A program made the translations under genes and the position numbers. Source: an uncultured Prolixibacteraceae bacterium (GTDB taxonomy: Bacteria; Bacteroidota; Bacteroidia; Bacteroidales; Prolixibacteraceae). Taken from it: a DNA stretch of 64,000 nt. Of this stretch, positions 27,593-37,327 are shown one piece after another. Where the stretch lies: assembly GCA_942493345.1 (NCBI GenBank), contig OW818695.1, forward strand, positions 2,021,719 to 2,085,718, written 5' to 3'. Numbering within the stretch: position 1 is the stretch's first letter; the number at the start of each line of letters is the position of its first letter. The notes beneath the pieces are model-generated. The model saw only the letters and a program-made list of their open reading frames with translations, made no database searches and had not been told where the DNA came from.

Positions 27593-28843
27593 CTATTTCG
27601 AAACAAGCGATTCTTTTGGAATCTCCGGTCGTATCATTTTCCACAAGATAAATAAAGCGAGAGGATGAAGAACGGCCATTACAATGAAAACCCAGGTAGT
27701 TCCCACACTTGTCATGTATTGCCCAATCAGATAATTAAAGATGACTGCGCCTGCGGCTCCAAATCCGCCTGCAATACCCAACACACTTGCCACATTGTTT
27801 ATCGGGAAAGTCTCGGCAATCAATACACTTTCAGTATATATCCAGCTCAGGGCTACGGCTGCCAAAATACTAAATTTAACGATGGTTACGGCAACGCCCA
27901 AGCTGTCAGGAATTAAAATTACCGGGGCTAAAAATGCCACATAACTTAACATGACTTTACGGGAACGCAAAGCAGGTTTTCCGCGACGGACCATCCAGTC
28001 GGACCATGCAGAAGAAGCAATTCCGCCCAAACTTGCCGCCATAAAAGGAATCCAGCCGATCATGCCCAGCTGGGAAAGGCTCAGTCCCGATTCTTCCATG
28101 AGAAATCCGGGAAGCCAGAATAAAATGAAATACCAGACCGGGTCGGTGGTAAAACGGATCAACACAATTCCCCACAAACTTCGTTTACTCCAGAGTTGCC
28201 CCCATGTAAAGGCGGGTGATTTTGCAGAATCACTTTCCGAAGATATTGTATCCTGGACATATCCGCGAGGCGGGTCTTTGTAAATCAGGAACCAAATCAA
28301 TGCAACAACAAGACCAACTACCCCCGGAATAATAAATGCTGCATGCCAGGAATAAGATATAACCAGCCAAGCGATTAAAGGCGGAGCGATAACGGAGCCA
28401 ATCGTGCCCCCTGCAACTGAAATGCTGTTGGCTGTTGCACGCAACCGCCCGGAAAACCATTTCGTAACTACCTTGATTTGGGCCGGGTAGGTTGTTGGTT
28501 CGGCCAAACCTAAAAGGCTTCTAAAAAAAGTAAATGGAAATAAAGTTCTTGCAATACCACTTCCGATTGAGCTTAACGACCACGTTATCACTCCCCAAAA
28601 CATGATTTTTCGGGCGCCAAATTTGTCAACCAGCCAGCCCGAAACAGGATACATCAGGGCATAACAAATAGTGAAAACATTAATAATTAAAGCGTATCCA
28701 ATATCGTCAAGCGAAAACTCCTCTTTCAGGATGGGTTTTAAAATTGAAACAACCTGCCTGTCCACATAGCTAAAAACAGTAATTATAAAAATTACCGCCA
28801 CAATAAACCATCGCCTTCTTTCAGGACTTAAGAATGATGACAT
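27593..28843 (-). CDS. MFS transporter, anion:cation-symporter-like (hexuronate or organophosphate type)
   Basis: 416 aa with about 12 hydrophobic segments. The N-terminal YVDRQVVSILKP motif is typical of the ACS/ExuT-like MFS subgroup. Confidence 0.8.
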   Translation of the reverse strand: MSSFLSPERRRWFIVAVIFIITVFSYVDRQVVSILKPILKEEFSLDDIGYALIINVFTICYALMYPVSGWLVDKFGARKIMFWGVITWSLSSIGSGIARTLFPFTFFRSLLGLAEPTTYPAQIKVVTKWFSGRLRATANSISVAGGTIGSVIAPPLIAWLVISYSWHAAFIIPGVVGLVVALIWFLIYKDPPRGYVQDTISSESDSAKSPAFTWGQLWSKRSLWGIVLIRFTTDPVWYFILFWLPGFLMEESGLSLSQLGMIGWIPFMAASLGGIASSAWSDWMVRRGKPALRSRKVMLSYVAFLAPVILIPDSLGVAVTIVKFSILAAVALSWIYTESVLIAETFPINNVASVLGIAGGFGAAGAVIFNYLIGQYMTSVGTTWVFIVMAVLHPLALFILWKMIRPEIPKESLVSK

Positions 28844-28901
28844 ATCTTTTTATTGATTGATTTTGAGTTCAGTTTATATTTTAAGTTGATGCTTATTCTA
28901 C

Positions 28902-30407
28902 TTATTCCTGTAAAGGAAGAGATTTTGTATAAATATTCCCAAACCGGTCGGTTACTTCTACTGTAATATTTCTGCCATTTTTCGATGGTTTCGCTGAAAA
29001 AAGATGTTCGGTCCGGGTCGGTTCCATACTACCTTTTTCTTCGGGCATACCGCTGCCATACATATTTTTATAAGCCAACGGATCGTATCCGGTATATTTT
29101 GCCATTTCACCTTTCTGGATTCCGTCTTCATACCATACAACTTTCCATCCGGAATCCCAGTTCCATACGTTGGCGATAATTTCATCGGGTCGGTCGGGAC
29201 TGCTGCCTTTTGGGTACAGCCTGAACTGATACGAAGGATCACCGCCTGTTGGTTTGTAATACCAGCGAATATCATTCCCGTTTACTTCATAGATGCCATA
29301 TCCGCCAGGTGTTCCATCGGTACAAATATCGCCGGTCCACCACGCGCTGCATACCGAGGCATGATTGTGTTCCATGCGGTTGTCGTGCTCTGCGGTTTCG
29401 TTGTAATGGGTGTGTCCCGACATAATATGTACCCGGTACGGTTCAATCAGCTTGTAAAGCTCGTTACGGTTGCCAACTGTCGCTGTTTCAAATTCTGTCC
29501 GGACAGCGCTTTTCAGATAAGTGATTTCATACGTAGGAATATGCAGGGATATAACCAGTGTACTTCCTTCGGGAACATATTGCAAATCTTTTTTCAGCCA
29601 TTGCAGTTGTTCTTTCGAAATATAACCAATGTATTTTCGTCGTTTATCTTTGTACGCTTCATCATCTCCCTTAAACAACACATCGTTTAACACCACGTAG
29701 TGTATTTTGCCCCGGTTAAAAGAATAATAGGTTGGCCCGAATGCATCACTGAATTGCTTTGTTGCCATACTTTTTGATGTCGCGGTATAATCAATATCGT
29801 GATTTCCGACAGCCTGAAAGAAGGGAATTCCCATCTGGGTTACGGCTGTGGCATAATCCGCATATAAATTAAATTTTTCAAACACAATATCACCACAGGT
29901 GATGCCGTGCACAGGGATGTTGCCCAGTGTTTTGATATGTGCGGCTGCATCCGGGGCTGATTCGGTTTGCATCCGGTGGACATCGATGTCTGTTTGTACC
30001 TGGGGATCGGCCCAAACGACAAAAGCGTGCCGGGTGTCGTCGATCTCATTTTTCTGTAAACTGAAATTGATTATCTGCTTTTCTTGGCCGGAAGCTATCG
30101 GTTCATAAAACTTTGCTATTCCTCCGATATTGGGAATTTTGTATCCGGATGGCAGGGAAATAAAAACAAAGTTAGCTCCATGATTAACTTTCAACCGGTA
30201 ATTCCCCGACTGATCGGTTTGTGTTGTTTCGTATCCATCGCTTACCACTACTCCGGAAATACCGGCTCTGTTGTTTCTTACATTTCCCTGAACGATGGAA
30301 TACGATTTTGCCCCTGTATTTTTATCAGGGTTGGGAAAAATAATAGATGAATAGGAAAACAGGACTAAAAAAAGCCAGATTCCTGTCAGAAAAGTTTTTC
30401 TCAACAT
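28902..30407 (-). CDS. Calcineurin-like phosphoesterase with N-terminal beta-sandwich and C-terminal accessory domains
   Basis: 501 aa with a signal peptide. The N-terminal part reads GVVVSDGYETTQTDQSGNYRL. Motifs present: VWADPQ, CGDIVFE, VGNHDIDY, SLHIPTY, SGHTHYNE. It is a homolog of 7422-9026. Confidence 0.85.
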   Translation of the reverse strand: MLRKTFLTGIWLFLVLFSYSSIIFPNPDKNTGAKSYSIVQGNVRNNRAGISGVVVSDGYETTQTDQSGNYRLKVNHGANFVFISLPSGYKIPNIGGIAKFYEPIASGQEKQIINFSLQKNEIDDTRHAFVVWADPQVQTDIDVHRMQTESAPDAAAHIKTLGNIPVHGITCGDIVFEKFNLYADYATAVTQMGIPFFQAVGNHDIDYTATSKSMATKQFSDAFGPTYYSFNRGKIHYVVLNDVLFKGDDEAYKDKRRKYIGYISKEQLQWLKKDLQYVPEGSTLVISLHIPTYEITYLKSAVRTEFETATVGNRNELYKLIEPYRVHIMSGHTHYNETAEHDNRMEHNHASVCSAWWTGDICTDGTPGGYGIYEVNGNDIRWYYKPTGGDPSYQFRLYPKGSSPDRPDEIIANVWNWDSGWKVVWYEDGIQKGEMAKYTGYDPLAYKNMYGSGMPEEKGSMEPTRTEHLFSAKPSKNGRNITVEVTDRFGNIYTKSLPLQE

Positions 30408-30428
30408 CGTCGATTTATTTATACAAAA

Positions 30429-30554
30429 GCTGTCTCAAAAGTTTTGTGCCAAGTGATCGTGAACTTGCTCCAGTATTTCAACGCATTGAACGTCGAACCC
30501 CGAAATAAATTCGGGGTTGATAGGTTCAATGCGTATAATGACTTTTGAGATAGC
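30429..30554. repeat. Hairpin (MITE-like) intergenic repeat, copy B
   Basis: The termini GCTGTCTCAAAAGT (30429-30442) and ACTTTTGAGATAGC (30541-30554) match at 13 of 14 positions. There are nested inner stems: ACGCATTGAAC/GTTCAATGCGT (30481-91 / 30524-34) and AACCCCGAA/TTCGGGGTT (30496-504 / 30510-18). Confidence 0.7.
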
Positions 30555-30565
30555 CCAGAGATCTT

Positions 30566-32317
30566 TTAGTAGCCTGGATTTTGCTCCAGATTTGGGTTGG
30601 TATCACGTTCCTGCTGAGGAATAGGCCACAACTCATCTTTGTTTGTTTTGAAAACAACCTGCTGTGTGGTAAAATATTTTATTGCCTCATCATATTTGTA
30701 TATTGGAGAATAGTTTTCATCAATTTCTGTCAATACTCCTTTTGTCCATGCATTACCAGCCCGGTTTAAATAGATATATCCATTCATAATCTGTGGTGCT
30801 ATATTCCATCTGCGGATATCATACCAACGTAATCCATCGTTACACAATTCTATTTTACGTTCATAACGCAATGCAGTACGTAACTGAGCTTGTGTCATAT
30901 TTCTTGTAAGTATTGGCATTCCTGCCCTTTTACGTACCAGGTCGATGGCATCGTATACAGTTGCATCAATACTGTTTGCCTCAATTTTTGCTTCAGCATA
31001 AAGAAGTAATAATTCGGCATAACGGAATATCCCCACATTCAGGTCGGAAACTCCTCTCGATGAATTTGTAAGATAATCGGCATTATCCGTATGTTTTCGC
31101 CAATAATACCCGCTAAATGTGCGATATGCATTGGTCGCATCGGTATTGGTTACCGATAACGGGATAGTGCTTTCGCCATTGATAACCGGCCAGTAATTGT
31201 TTACTTTTTTATACGTTGCATTTGGCTCGAATTGAAATTCCATTAAGCGTGAATGCGGGCGGGCACAGTACATATCGAGACGAGGATCCCTATTGATAAA
31301 CGGTTTTGTCGCATCATATAACGGCGATTGGTCGATAGGAAGTCCATCGAGGCATTGGTATGAATCAATGAGATTTTGAGTTGGCCCCCAGTAAGCACAA
31401 CCTTTTCCCAAGCGGGAAGCCATGTAATAACCTTGATTATGCGTGTTTCCGGTAATTGTCTGGTTATATTCAACGACCCAGATCCATTCCTTACTGCTGG
31501 CATATCCGGCATATCCAAATATATTTGAACATTCAGGTTCGCCAATATCATAGGTTTTATTACAATAGTTCAATGAATTATCGAACGGGGTCAAATCGTA
31601 AACTCCTTTTGACAAATCGATTGCTTTTGCAGCAGCAGTGGCTGCAACCGTATATTGTCCGCTGTATAATGCAACACGTGCCTTGAGCATATATGCAGCC
31701 ACGCTTCCAGCTCGCACATTGCCGTATGCTGTTTGAGATACCGGCAGATAGTCGGCAACAGCCGTCATTTCATTAATAATCCACTGTTGAATATCACCTT
31801 TAGGGGTGCGGGGTAAATCACTGTCGTTCAAGCCCAAAGATTTAAGAACCAAAGGGACATCTCCATACGTCTCGATTAGTTGAGAGTAACAATATGCACG
31901 CACCACTCGCAGCTCGGCATCAATCTGATTATATGAATCTTCCGGCATATCCGATTTAATATTTTCCAGGTTGTCGAGTACTGCATGGCACCGGGCAATT
32001 GTTTTGTAATGATAATTCCATGGACTTATGGCCAACGCATTGTCTGTCGTTAAAGAACTGGTAATTGGCGATGTATAATTGGTTCCCGGGCGTGCATAAC
32101 CGATATCCGTTATATTATCCATTACATGAAGAAACGGGGTACTTGAAGCATCGAGCAAAGAGAGTCCTTTATAAGCAGCATACAACCCCATTGTTGCTTC
32201 TTCCTCTGTTGCAGGGAAAGTTCCCGTGGTCGGTCCGTTTAAGGGAACGCGATCGAGATCACATCCTGTGAATAGCATGCTAATTAAAACTATTCCTAAA
32301 AATATATTTCTTTTCAT
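30566..32317 (-). CDS. SusD/RagB-family outer-membrane nutrient-binding lipoprotein
   Basis: 583 aa with a lipobox (LFTGCD). It lies downstream of a SusC gene. The C-terminus reads WPIPQQERDTNPNLEQNPGY. Confidence 0.9.
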   Translation of the reverse strand: MKRNIFLGIVLISMLFTGCDLDRVPLNGPTTGTFPATEEEATMGLYAAYKGLSLLDASSTPFLHVMDNITDIGYARPGTNYTSPITSSLTTDNALAISPWNYHYKTIARCHAVLDNLENIKSDMPEDSYNQIDAELRVVRAYCYSQLIETYGDVPLVLKSLGLNDSDLPRTPKGDIQQWIINEMTAVADYLPVSQTAYGNVRAGSVAAYMLKARVALYSGQYTVAATAAAKAIDLSKGVYDLTPFDNSLNYCNKTYDIGEPECSNIFGYAGYASSKEWIWVVEYNQTITGNTHNQGYYMASRLGKGCAYWGPTQNLIDSYQCLDGLPIDQSPLYDATKPFINRDPRLDMYCARPHSRLMEFQFEPNATYKKVNNYWPVINGESTIPLSVTNTDATNAYRTFSGYYWRKHTDNADYLTNSSRGVSDLNVGIFRYAELLLLYAEAKIEANSIDATVYDAIDLVRKRAGMPILTRNMTQAQLRTALRYERKIELCNDGLRWYDIRRWNIAPQIMNGYIYLNRAGNAWTKGVLTEIDENYSPIYKYDEAIKYFTTQQVVFKTNKDELWPIPQQERDTNPNLEQNPGY

Positions 32318-32332
32318 AACCGTCTTAGTCTT

Positions 32333-35300
32333 TTAAAATTTTAGATCAACACCAAACGAAAACACTTTAACTTGAGGATAATATGCACCACTTCCCAACG
32401 ATACTCCATCTTCTGCGCCTGCATTATAATTAATCTCGGGGTCATAACCATTCCAGAAATCGGTAAAGGTTAGCAGATTTTGTGCGTTTACATATACATA
32501 CAGATTACTGATTCCAAAATTGTCAAGCAAATTTTTAGGTAGATCATAACCTAACTGCAGGTTTTTTAATCTCATGTATGTAGCGCTCTTCATCCAGTAA
32601 TCTGAATTTTGAGTATTGTTCGTCGATGTAATTGAAGGCCTTGGAAATGCTGCATCTCTGTTTTCTTCAGTCCAGTAATCGAGTTGCCATGTTTTTATGG
32701 CGCTTGAGTTTGCACAAGGAATTACATAATGAGAACTCAGATAACCGTCAACCTTGCCAACACCCTGGAAAAAGGCATTCATTTTGAACCCTTTCCAAGC
32801 TAGGTTCAGGTTCATTCCATAGGTGTAGCGCGGAATCGTGTTTCCAATAATAGTTTTATCTTCATCGGTAATTTTTCCGTCAGCCATCGGGTTGTTATTT
32901 TCGTCGAATGCTCCGGCAATATCTTTGTATTTTATATCTCCCGGATGCAATGTTCCGAATTGCACAGATCCTGCATTAATTTCTTCCTGCGATTGATATA
33001 GTCCTTCCGAAATGTAGCCGTAGATGGAATTAACCGCATACCCTTCTTGTTGACGCAGCAATGTGCCGGAAGTTTGTCCGCGCATATCGGTAATAACATT
33101 TTTTACATCCGAGAAATTGAGTTCTACTCCCAGTTTAAAATCGCCCCATTGGTTATCGTAAGTTGCACCAAAATCCCATCCGGTATTGCGAACTTTTGCA
33201 GCATTCTGGTAGGGTGCGTTCAGCCCGGTCAGCTGAGAGGTGTATAATGTCAATAAAATTCCATCGGTGTCTTTTCGGTACCAATCGCCGGTAAGAGAAA
33301 AATGGTTGAATAAATTAATATCGATTCCGACTCCTGCCATTTGGGTTTCTTCCCATTTAAGATCGGGATTTGCCATGTCGTTTAAAGCCACCAATTGATA
33401 AATCTGTTTCCCCATTGAAATGCTTCCAACGGACAGTTGGGATATGTACGGGTAATAGGAGCTGCCAATATTTTGATTTCCAAGTTTACCCCATGATGCG
33501 CGCAATTTCAGATGATCGATATAATCTTTTGTTTTTTCCATAAATGGTTCTTCTGAGATGCGCCAAGCTGCAGAAAAAGAAGGGAATGTTGCCCATCGGT
33601 TATTGCTGCTAAACCGCGAAGAACCATCATATCTTAAGTTAGCCTCAAAAAGGTAACGGTCTTTGTAGTCGTAATTGAACCGGCCAAAGCCAGAAACCAG
33701 GATCCATTGGGCCTGAGTACCATTATTATCTTTTGTTTCGTTATCAGCGCCGGCAGCAAGTACCTCATACGTGTCATATGTATAGTCGCGCCTGTAACCC
33801 ATCAGGTATTTTTCATCATACGTTTCTCTTGATGTACCAACCATGAGTCCGAAAGAATGATCTTTATATTCTTTAACCGTATTCGCAAAAAACTGATAGT
33901 TCCCAAAGAAATAACGATAAGCGGTTTCGGTCAGGTCTGTATACGTATATGCTGCACCAGCTTCACTTCCGTCATCATTGTATGTCATTACACTTTTTGA
34001 AAAAGTATGTGCATTTCTTGTTCTGTACCTGGGTGCAATTACCCCTGTAAGAGTTATCCATTTAGCAGGTTTCAAATCAACCGAAAGATTGCCAAGAAAT
34101 TCGAGGTTGTTCGTTTTTCTGTTTCCTCCGTCTTCGATTAAGCCAATCGGATTAATTTTAACCCACCCTTCCGACCAAAGTCCATTCCGTCTGATCGGGA
34201 TATTGGTAGGCATACGTCCGAGATAATTCCAAACATCACCTTCTGTTGCAATTTGTAATCGATCGCTATTGCTGAACGATAAGTCAACTTTTATTGATAA
34301 TTTGTCATTTGGCTTAATGTCCATATTATTACGAAAGACGTAGCGTTCGAATCCTGTATTTTTTATTATACCGTCCTGACTGCTATAACTGAATGATGGC
34401 ATTATATGTATTTTATCTGAATTTGCCATTAACGAAATGAAATGATTGTGGGTAAACCCGGATCCACTAAGGGTTGCTTTTTGCCAATCATAGTTGGACG
34501 GATCTTCCGCATATTTTTCTCTAAATTCAGCAATTTCCGTTTCGCTATACAAATTATATCCATTGTCATTCATGTTTGCTGCGTTAAAAACATTCATAAA
34601 TGTTTCTCCATCAGTAACTTTGGGAATATCAGTCGCTTCCTGTTTCCCGATATACCCTTTGTAGTTGACTGCGAATTTATCTTTAGAAGCTCGTTTTGTT
34701 GTAACTAAAATAACTCCGTTGGCGGCACGTGAACCATAAATAGCTGCCGATGCTGCATCTTTCAATACCGAAATTGATTCAACAAGATTCGCATCAACCA
34801 TGTCGAGCGAACCGGCAATTCCATCGATTAGAACGAGAGGAGAGCAATCGGAACCTCCAAATGAATTGATCCCACGAATACGAATCTGTCCTCCATCACC
34901 TCCAGGCGAACCAGACTGAGTAGTAACAGTCACTCCCGGAGCCATTCCCTGCAATGTGGCAGATGTTGATAGAATAGGACGTCGTTCCAGTTGCTGAGCT
35001 CCAATTGAAGATACAGACCCGGTGAGGTTCACTTTCTTTTGTGTTCCATATCCAATTGCAACAACTTCTTCCAACCCAATGGTTTCCTCCTCCATTGTTA
35101 CGTTTACGATTGGTTGGCCGGTAAAAACGATTGACTGTGTTTGCATGCCGACAAATGAAAAGATGAGGGTTGCATCCGGAACAACAGCATTAAGCAAATA
35201 GTTTCCATCGGCATCCGTAATTGTGCCGTTGGTTGTGCCTTTTATTGACACTGAAACACCCGGCAGTGAAATTCCGGAAGAATCGGAGACCTTCCCTTTT

Positions 35301-35698
35301 ACTTGTTTCTGCTGTTGAATGGCCGACTGTTTTTCCGGCGACAGAAGCATGATATGACGATCTTCAATCTCATATTTTATACCAGTACCCGAAAATACCG
35401 TTTTCATGATTTCTTCGATGCCCTGATCTTGTATTGAAATGTTGATTTTCCGATCCAAATCAATGAATTCGGAACTATATGCAAATCGGTATTTACTTTG
35501 GTTCTCAATAGCCTGTAATACATCGCTTACCTTTACATTCTGCATGTCAAGGTTGAGTTTGGTACTTTGGCTGTACGAACTGGCAGTAACCTGCATAAGG
35601 CCCAGTAAGAGAAAGAAAAACGTAAGTCTCATAATCTTTCCTGTTTTAGTTTTAACAAAAGGGGGCCAGAAACCCCGGATCCCTGATTTTTTTTTCAT
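32333..35698 (-). CDS. SusC/RagA-family TonB-dependent transporter with an N-terminal anti-sigma signalling extension
   Basis: 1121 aa. It has an STN-like N-terminus (VSDVLQAIENQSKYRFAYSSE), a carboxypeptidase-regulatory-like domain, a plug (VAIGYGTQKKVN) and a barrel ending in GVDLKF. Confidence 0.92.
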   Translation of the reverse strand: MKKKSGIRGFWPPFVKTKTGKIMRLTFFFLLLGLMQVTASSYSQSTKLNLDMQNVKVSDVLQAIENQSKYRFAYSSEFIDLDRKINISIQDQGIEEIMKTVFSGTGIKYEIEDRHIMLLSPEKQSAIQQQKQVKGKVSDSSGISLPGVSVSIKGTTNGTITDADGNYLLNAVVPDATLIFSFVGMQTQSIVFTGQPIVNVTMEEETIGLEEVVAIGYGTQKKVNLTGSVSSIGAQQLERRPILSTSATLQGMAPGVTVTTQSGSPGGDGGQIRIRGINSFGGSDCSPLVLIDGIAGSLDMVDANLVESISVLKDAASAAIYGSRAANGVILVTTKRASKDKFAVNYKGYIGKQEATDIPKVTDGETFMNVFNAANMNDNGYNLYSETEIAEFREKYAEDPSNYDWQKATLSGSGFTHNHFISLMANSDKIHIMPSFSYSSQDGIIKNTGFERYVFRNNMDIKPNDKLSIKVDLSFSNSDRLQIATEGDVWNYLGRMPTNIPIRRNGLWSEGWVKINPIGLIEDGGNRKTNNLEFLGNLSVDLKPAKWITLTGVIAPRYRTRNAHTFSKSVMTYNDDGSEAGAAYTYTDLTETAYRYFFGNYQFFANTVKEYKDHSFGLMVGTSRETYDEKYLMGYRRDYTYDTYEVLAAGADNETKDNNGTQAQWILVSGFGRFNYDYKDRYLFEANLRYDGSSRFSSNNRWATFPSFSAAWRISEEPFMEKTKDYIDHLKLRASWGKLGNQNIGSSYYPYISQLSVGSISMGKQIYQLVALNDMANPDLKWEETQMAGVGIDINLFNHFSLTGDWYRKDTDGILLTLYTSQLTGLNAPYQNAAKVRNTGWDFGATYDNQWGDFKLGVELNFSDVKNVITDMRGQTSGTLLRQQEGYAVNSIYGYISEGLYQSQEEINAGSVQFGTLHPGDIKYKDIAGAFDENNNPMADGKITDEDKTIIGNTIPRYTYGMNLNLAWKGFKMNAFFQGVGKVDGYLSSHYVIPCANSSAIKTWQLDYWTEENRDAAFPRPSITSTNNTQNSDYWMKSATYMRLKNLQLGYDLPKNLLDNFGISNLYVYVNAQNLLTFTDFWNGYDPEINYNAGAEDGVSLGSGAYYPQVKVFSFGVDLKF

Positions 35699-35760
35699 AA
35701 TTTTGATCTGTTTTTAAAGGGTTGATAATATTGTCATTTGCCGATGACATTTTAACCTCA

Positions 35761-35782
35761 GGAAAGTGTTGCCGCACTTTCC
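35761..35782 (-). promoter_or_regulatory. Conserved stem-loop between the FecR stop and the SusC start (copy 2)
   Basis: GGAAAGTG TTGCCG CACTTTCC, 8 nt past the FecR stop codon. It differs from 15897-15918 by a single loop base. Confidence 0.6.
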
Positions 35783-35789
35783 TGTTTTT

Positions 35790-36773
35790 TTATTTTGCAC
35801 TTTTTAGTGGGTTATATTTAAGTTTTATTAGTTCACCTTCCTGTACTACCTTTATTGGTGCAATTTTTTTCATCATTAGGAGTACCTCTGGCAGCGATTC
35901 GCCTTCTATGCTGAAGGTAAACGGAATATTTCTCACCTGCGGATTGGCTTCAAATTTCTGATTGAATCTCTTTTCAAGTTTCAGGATCAACTGTTCCAGC
36001 GGCAGCTCGAAAATATGCATCGTCCCGTTGCGCCACGACGTGTAATGCACGGGATTAACTTTTATTTTTTCAATGGTCATTTCTTTTTTATTGAACCGGG
36101 CCATTTCTTCGGGGACTAGTTGTTCCAAAAGATTGCTGTTTTCCGAGCGAATGTTTACTGAACCTTCTTCCAGCACTACTTCCATTGTACCCGAATCGCC
36201 GTAATTTGAAACGCCGAATCGCGTTCCGGTAACCTCCACTTTTAACGGACCCATATCAACGATAAAAGGCATTTTTTTGTCTTTTGAAACAGAAAAAAAA
36301 GCTTCACCATCAACTTTTATATCCCGGTTATTTATGCCGTACAGGTTATTGTACCGGAGTTTTGTTCCTGCATTGATCCACACTTCCGAGCCATCAGGCA
36401 AAGTCATTCCGGAAACCTGCCCGTAATCGGTATATATTTCGGTATATTTCAGTTCTGTACGGGCATTGAACAAAGAGGTAACCGCCAGAATTCCGCCTAG
36501 TCCGATCACGAGCAAAACAATTGCGGCATATTTGTACAGCTGCATCAGTTTAAAATATTTCGAGGATTGTTGCTTTTCCTGAATCCTTCCGCCAAGCCTG
36601 ATTTGTGCAAGATCGTATTGCTGACTGGAGCTTCCGAAATTTTTTGTCCACCATTCATTTTTTATCGAATCGAAAACCGATTGATTATTCCCAATCCGGA
36701 GCCAATGAAGTAAGTCGCGTTGTTCTTCATTGGACAATTTTCCTTCCAGGTATTGTTGAATTTTCTTTTCCAT
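35790..36773 (-). CDS. FecR-family anti-sigma factor with no adjacent sigma gene
   Basis: 327 aa with one TM segment (YAAIVLLVIGLGGILAV) and a FecR-like periplasmic domain. The next upstream gene (36948, plus strand) is unrelated. Confidence 0.88.
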   Translation of the reverse strand: MEKKIQQYLEGKLSNEEQRDLLHWLRIGNNQSVFDSIKNEWWTKNFGSSSQQYDLAQIRLGGRIQEKQQSSKYFKLMQLYKYAAIVLLVIGLGGILAVTSLFNARTELKYTEIYTDYGQVSGMTLPDGSEVWINAGTKLRYNNLYGINNRDIKVDGEAFFSVSKDKKMPFIVDMGPLKVEVTGTRFGVSNYGDSGTMEVVLEEGSVNIRSENSNLLEQLVPEEMARFNKKEMTIEKIKVNPVHYTSWRNGTMHIFELPLEQLILKLEKRFNQKFEANPQVRNIPFTFSIEGESLPEVLLMMKKIAPIKVVQEGELIKLKYNPLKSAK

Positions 36774-36947
36774 ATAAATATGCTTTCATTACCAATACAC
36801 GAAAAAACGAAAATCCCTACCAGATTCTGGGGTTTTTATTTGTAAAAAATGCAATCAATCGATTGATATGCCAAAATCCATAAAACATTTCAATAAATTT
36901 GAGTTTTGTTTGTGGTTCGGAGTATGCACTAAATAGTTATTTATACT

Positions 36948-37301
36948 ATGAATATTGAAGAAATCAGAGAATATTGTATCTCAAAAAAAGGAGTTACGGA
37001 GAGTTTTCCATTCGACGAAACGACGCTGGTCTTCAAAGTCATGGCCAAAATGTTTGCCCTTACCGACCTGGTTGACGATTTAAGCCTGAACTTGAAATGC
37101 GACCCGGCCCGTGCCATCGAATTAAGGGAACAATATCCTGCAATTTTACCGGGGTATCACATGAACAAAAACCATTGGAACACAGTGATGGTTGATGGTT
37201 CGCTTAGCAAAGCCTTTATTTGTCAGTTAATTGACCACTCCTATGATTTGATTGTTGATAAATTGCCACGAAAAGTGCAAATCGAGCTGGCAAAACTTTA
37301 A
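36948..37301 (+). CDS. MmcQ/YjbR-family DNA-binding protein
   Basis: 117 aa. The N-terminus IREYCISKKGVTESFPFDETTLVFKVMAKMFAL is typical of this family. Confidence 0.8.
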   Translation: MNIEEIREYCISKKGVTESFPFDETTLVFKVMAKMFALTDLVDDLSLNLKCDPARAIELREQYPAILPGYHMNKNHWNTVMVDGSLSKAFICQLIDHSYDLIVDKLPRKVQIELAKL

Positions 37302-37327
37302 CTTTACTGACTACGAACCCTGTTTTT

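Noticed and set aside
29004-29690. 228-aa plus-strand ORF
   Set aside because: It lies entirely antisense within the well-supported metallophosphoesterase gene 28902-30407. Its composition is odd (Phe/Ile/Cys-rich) and it has no recognisable motifs, so it is a shadow ORF.
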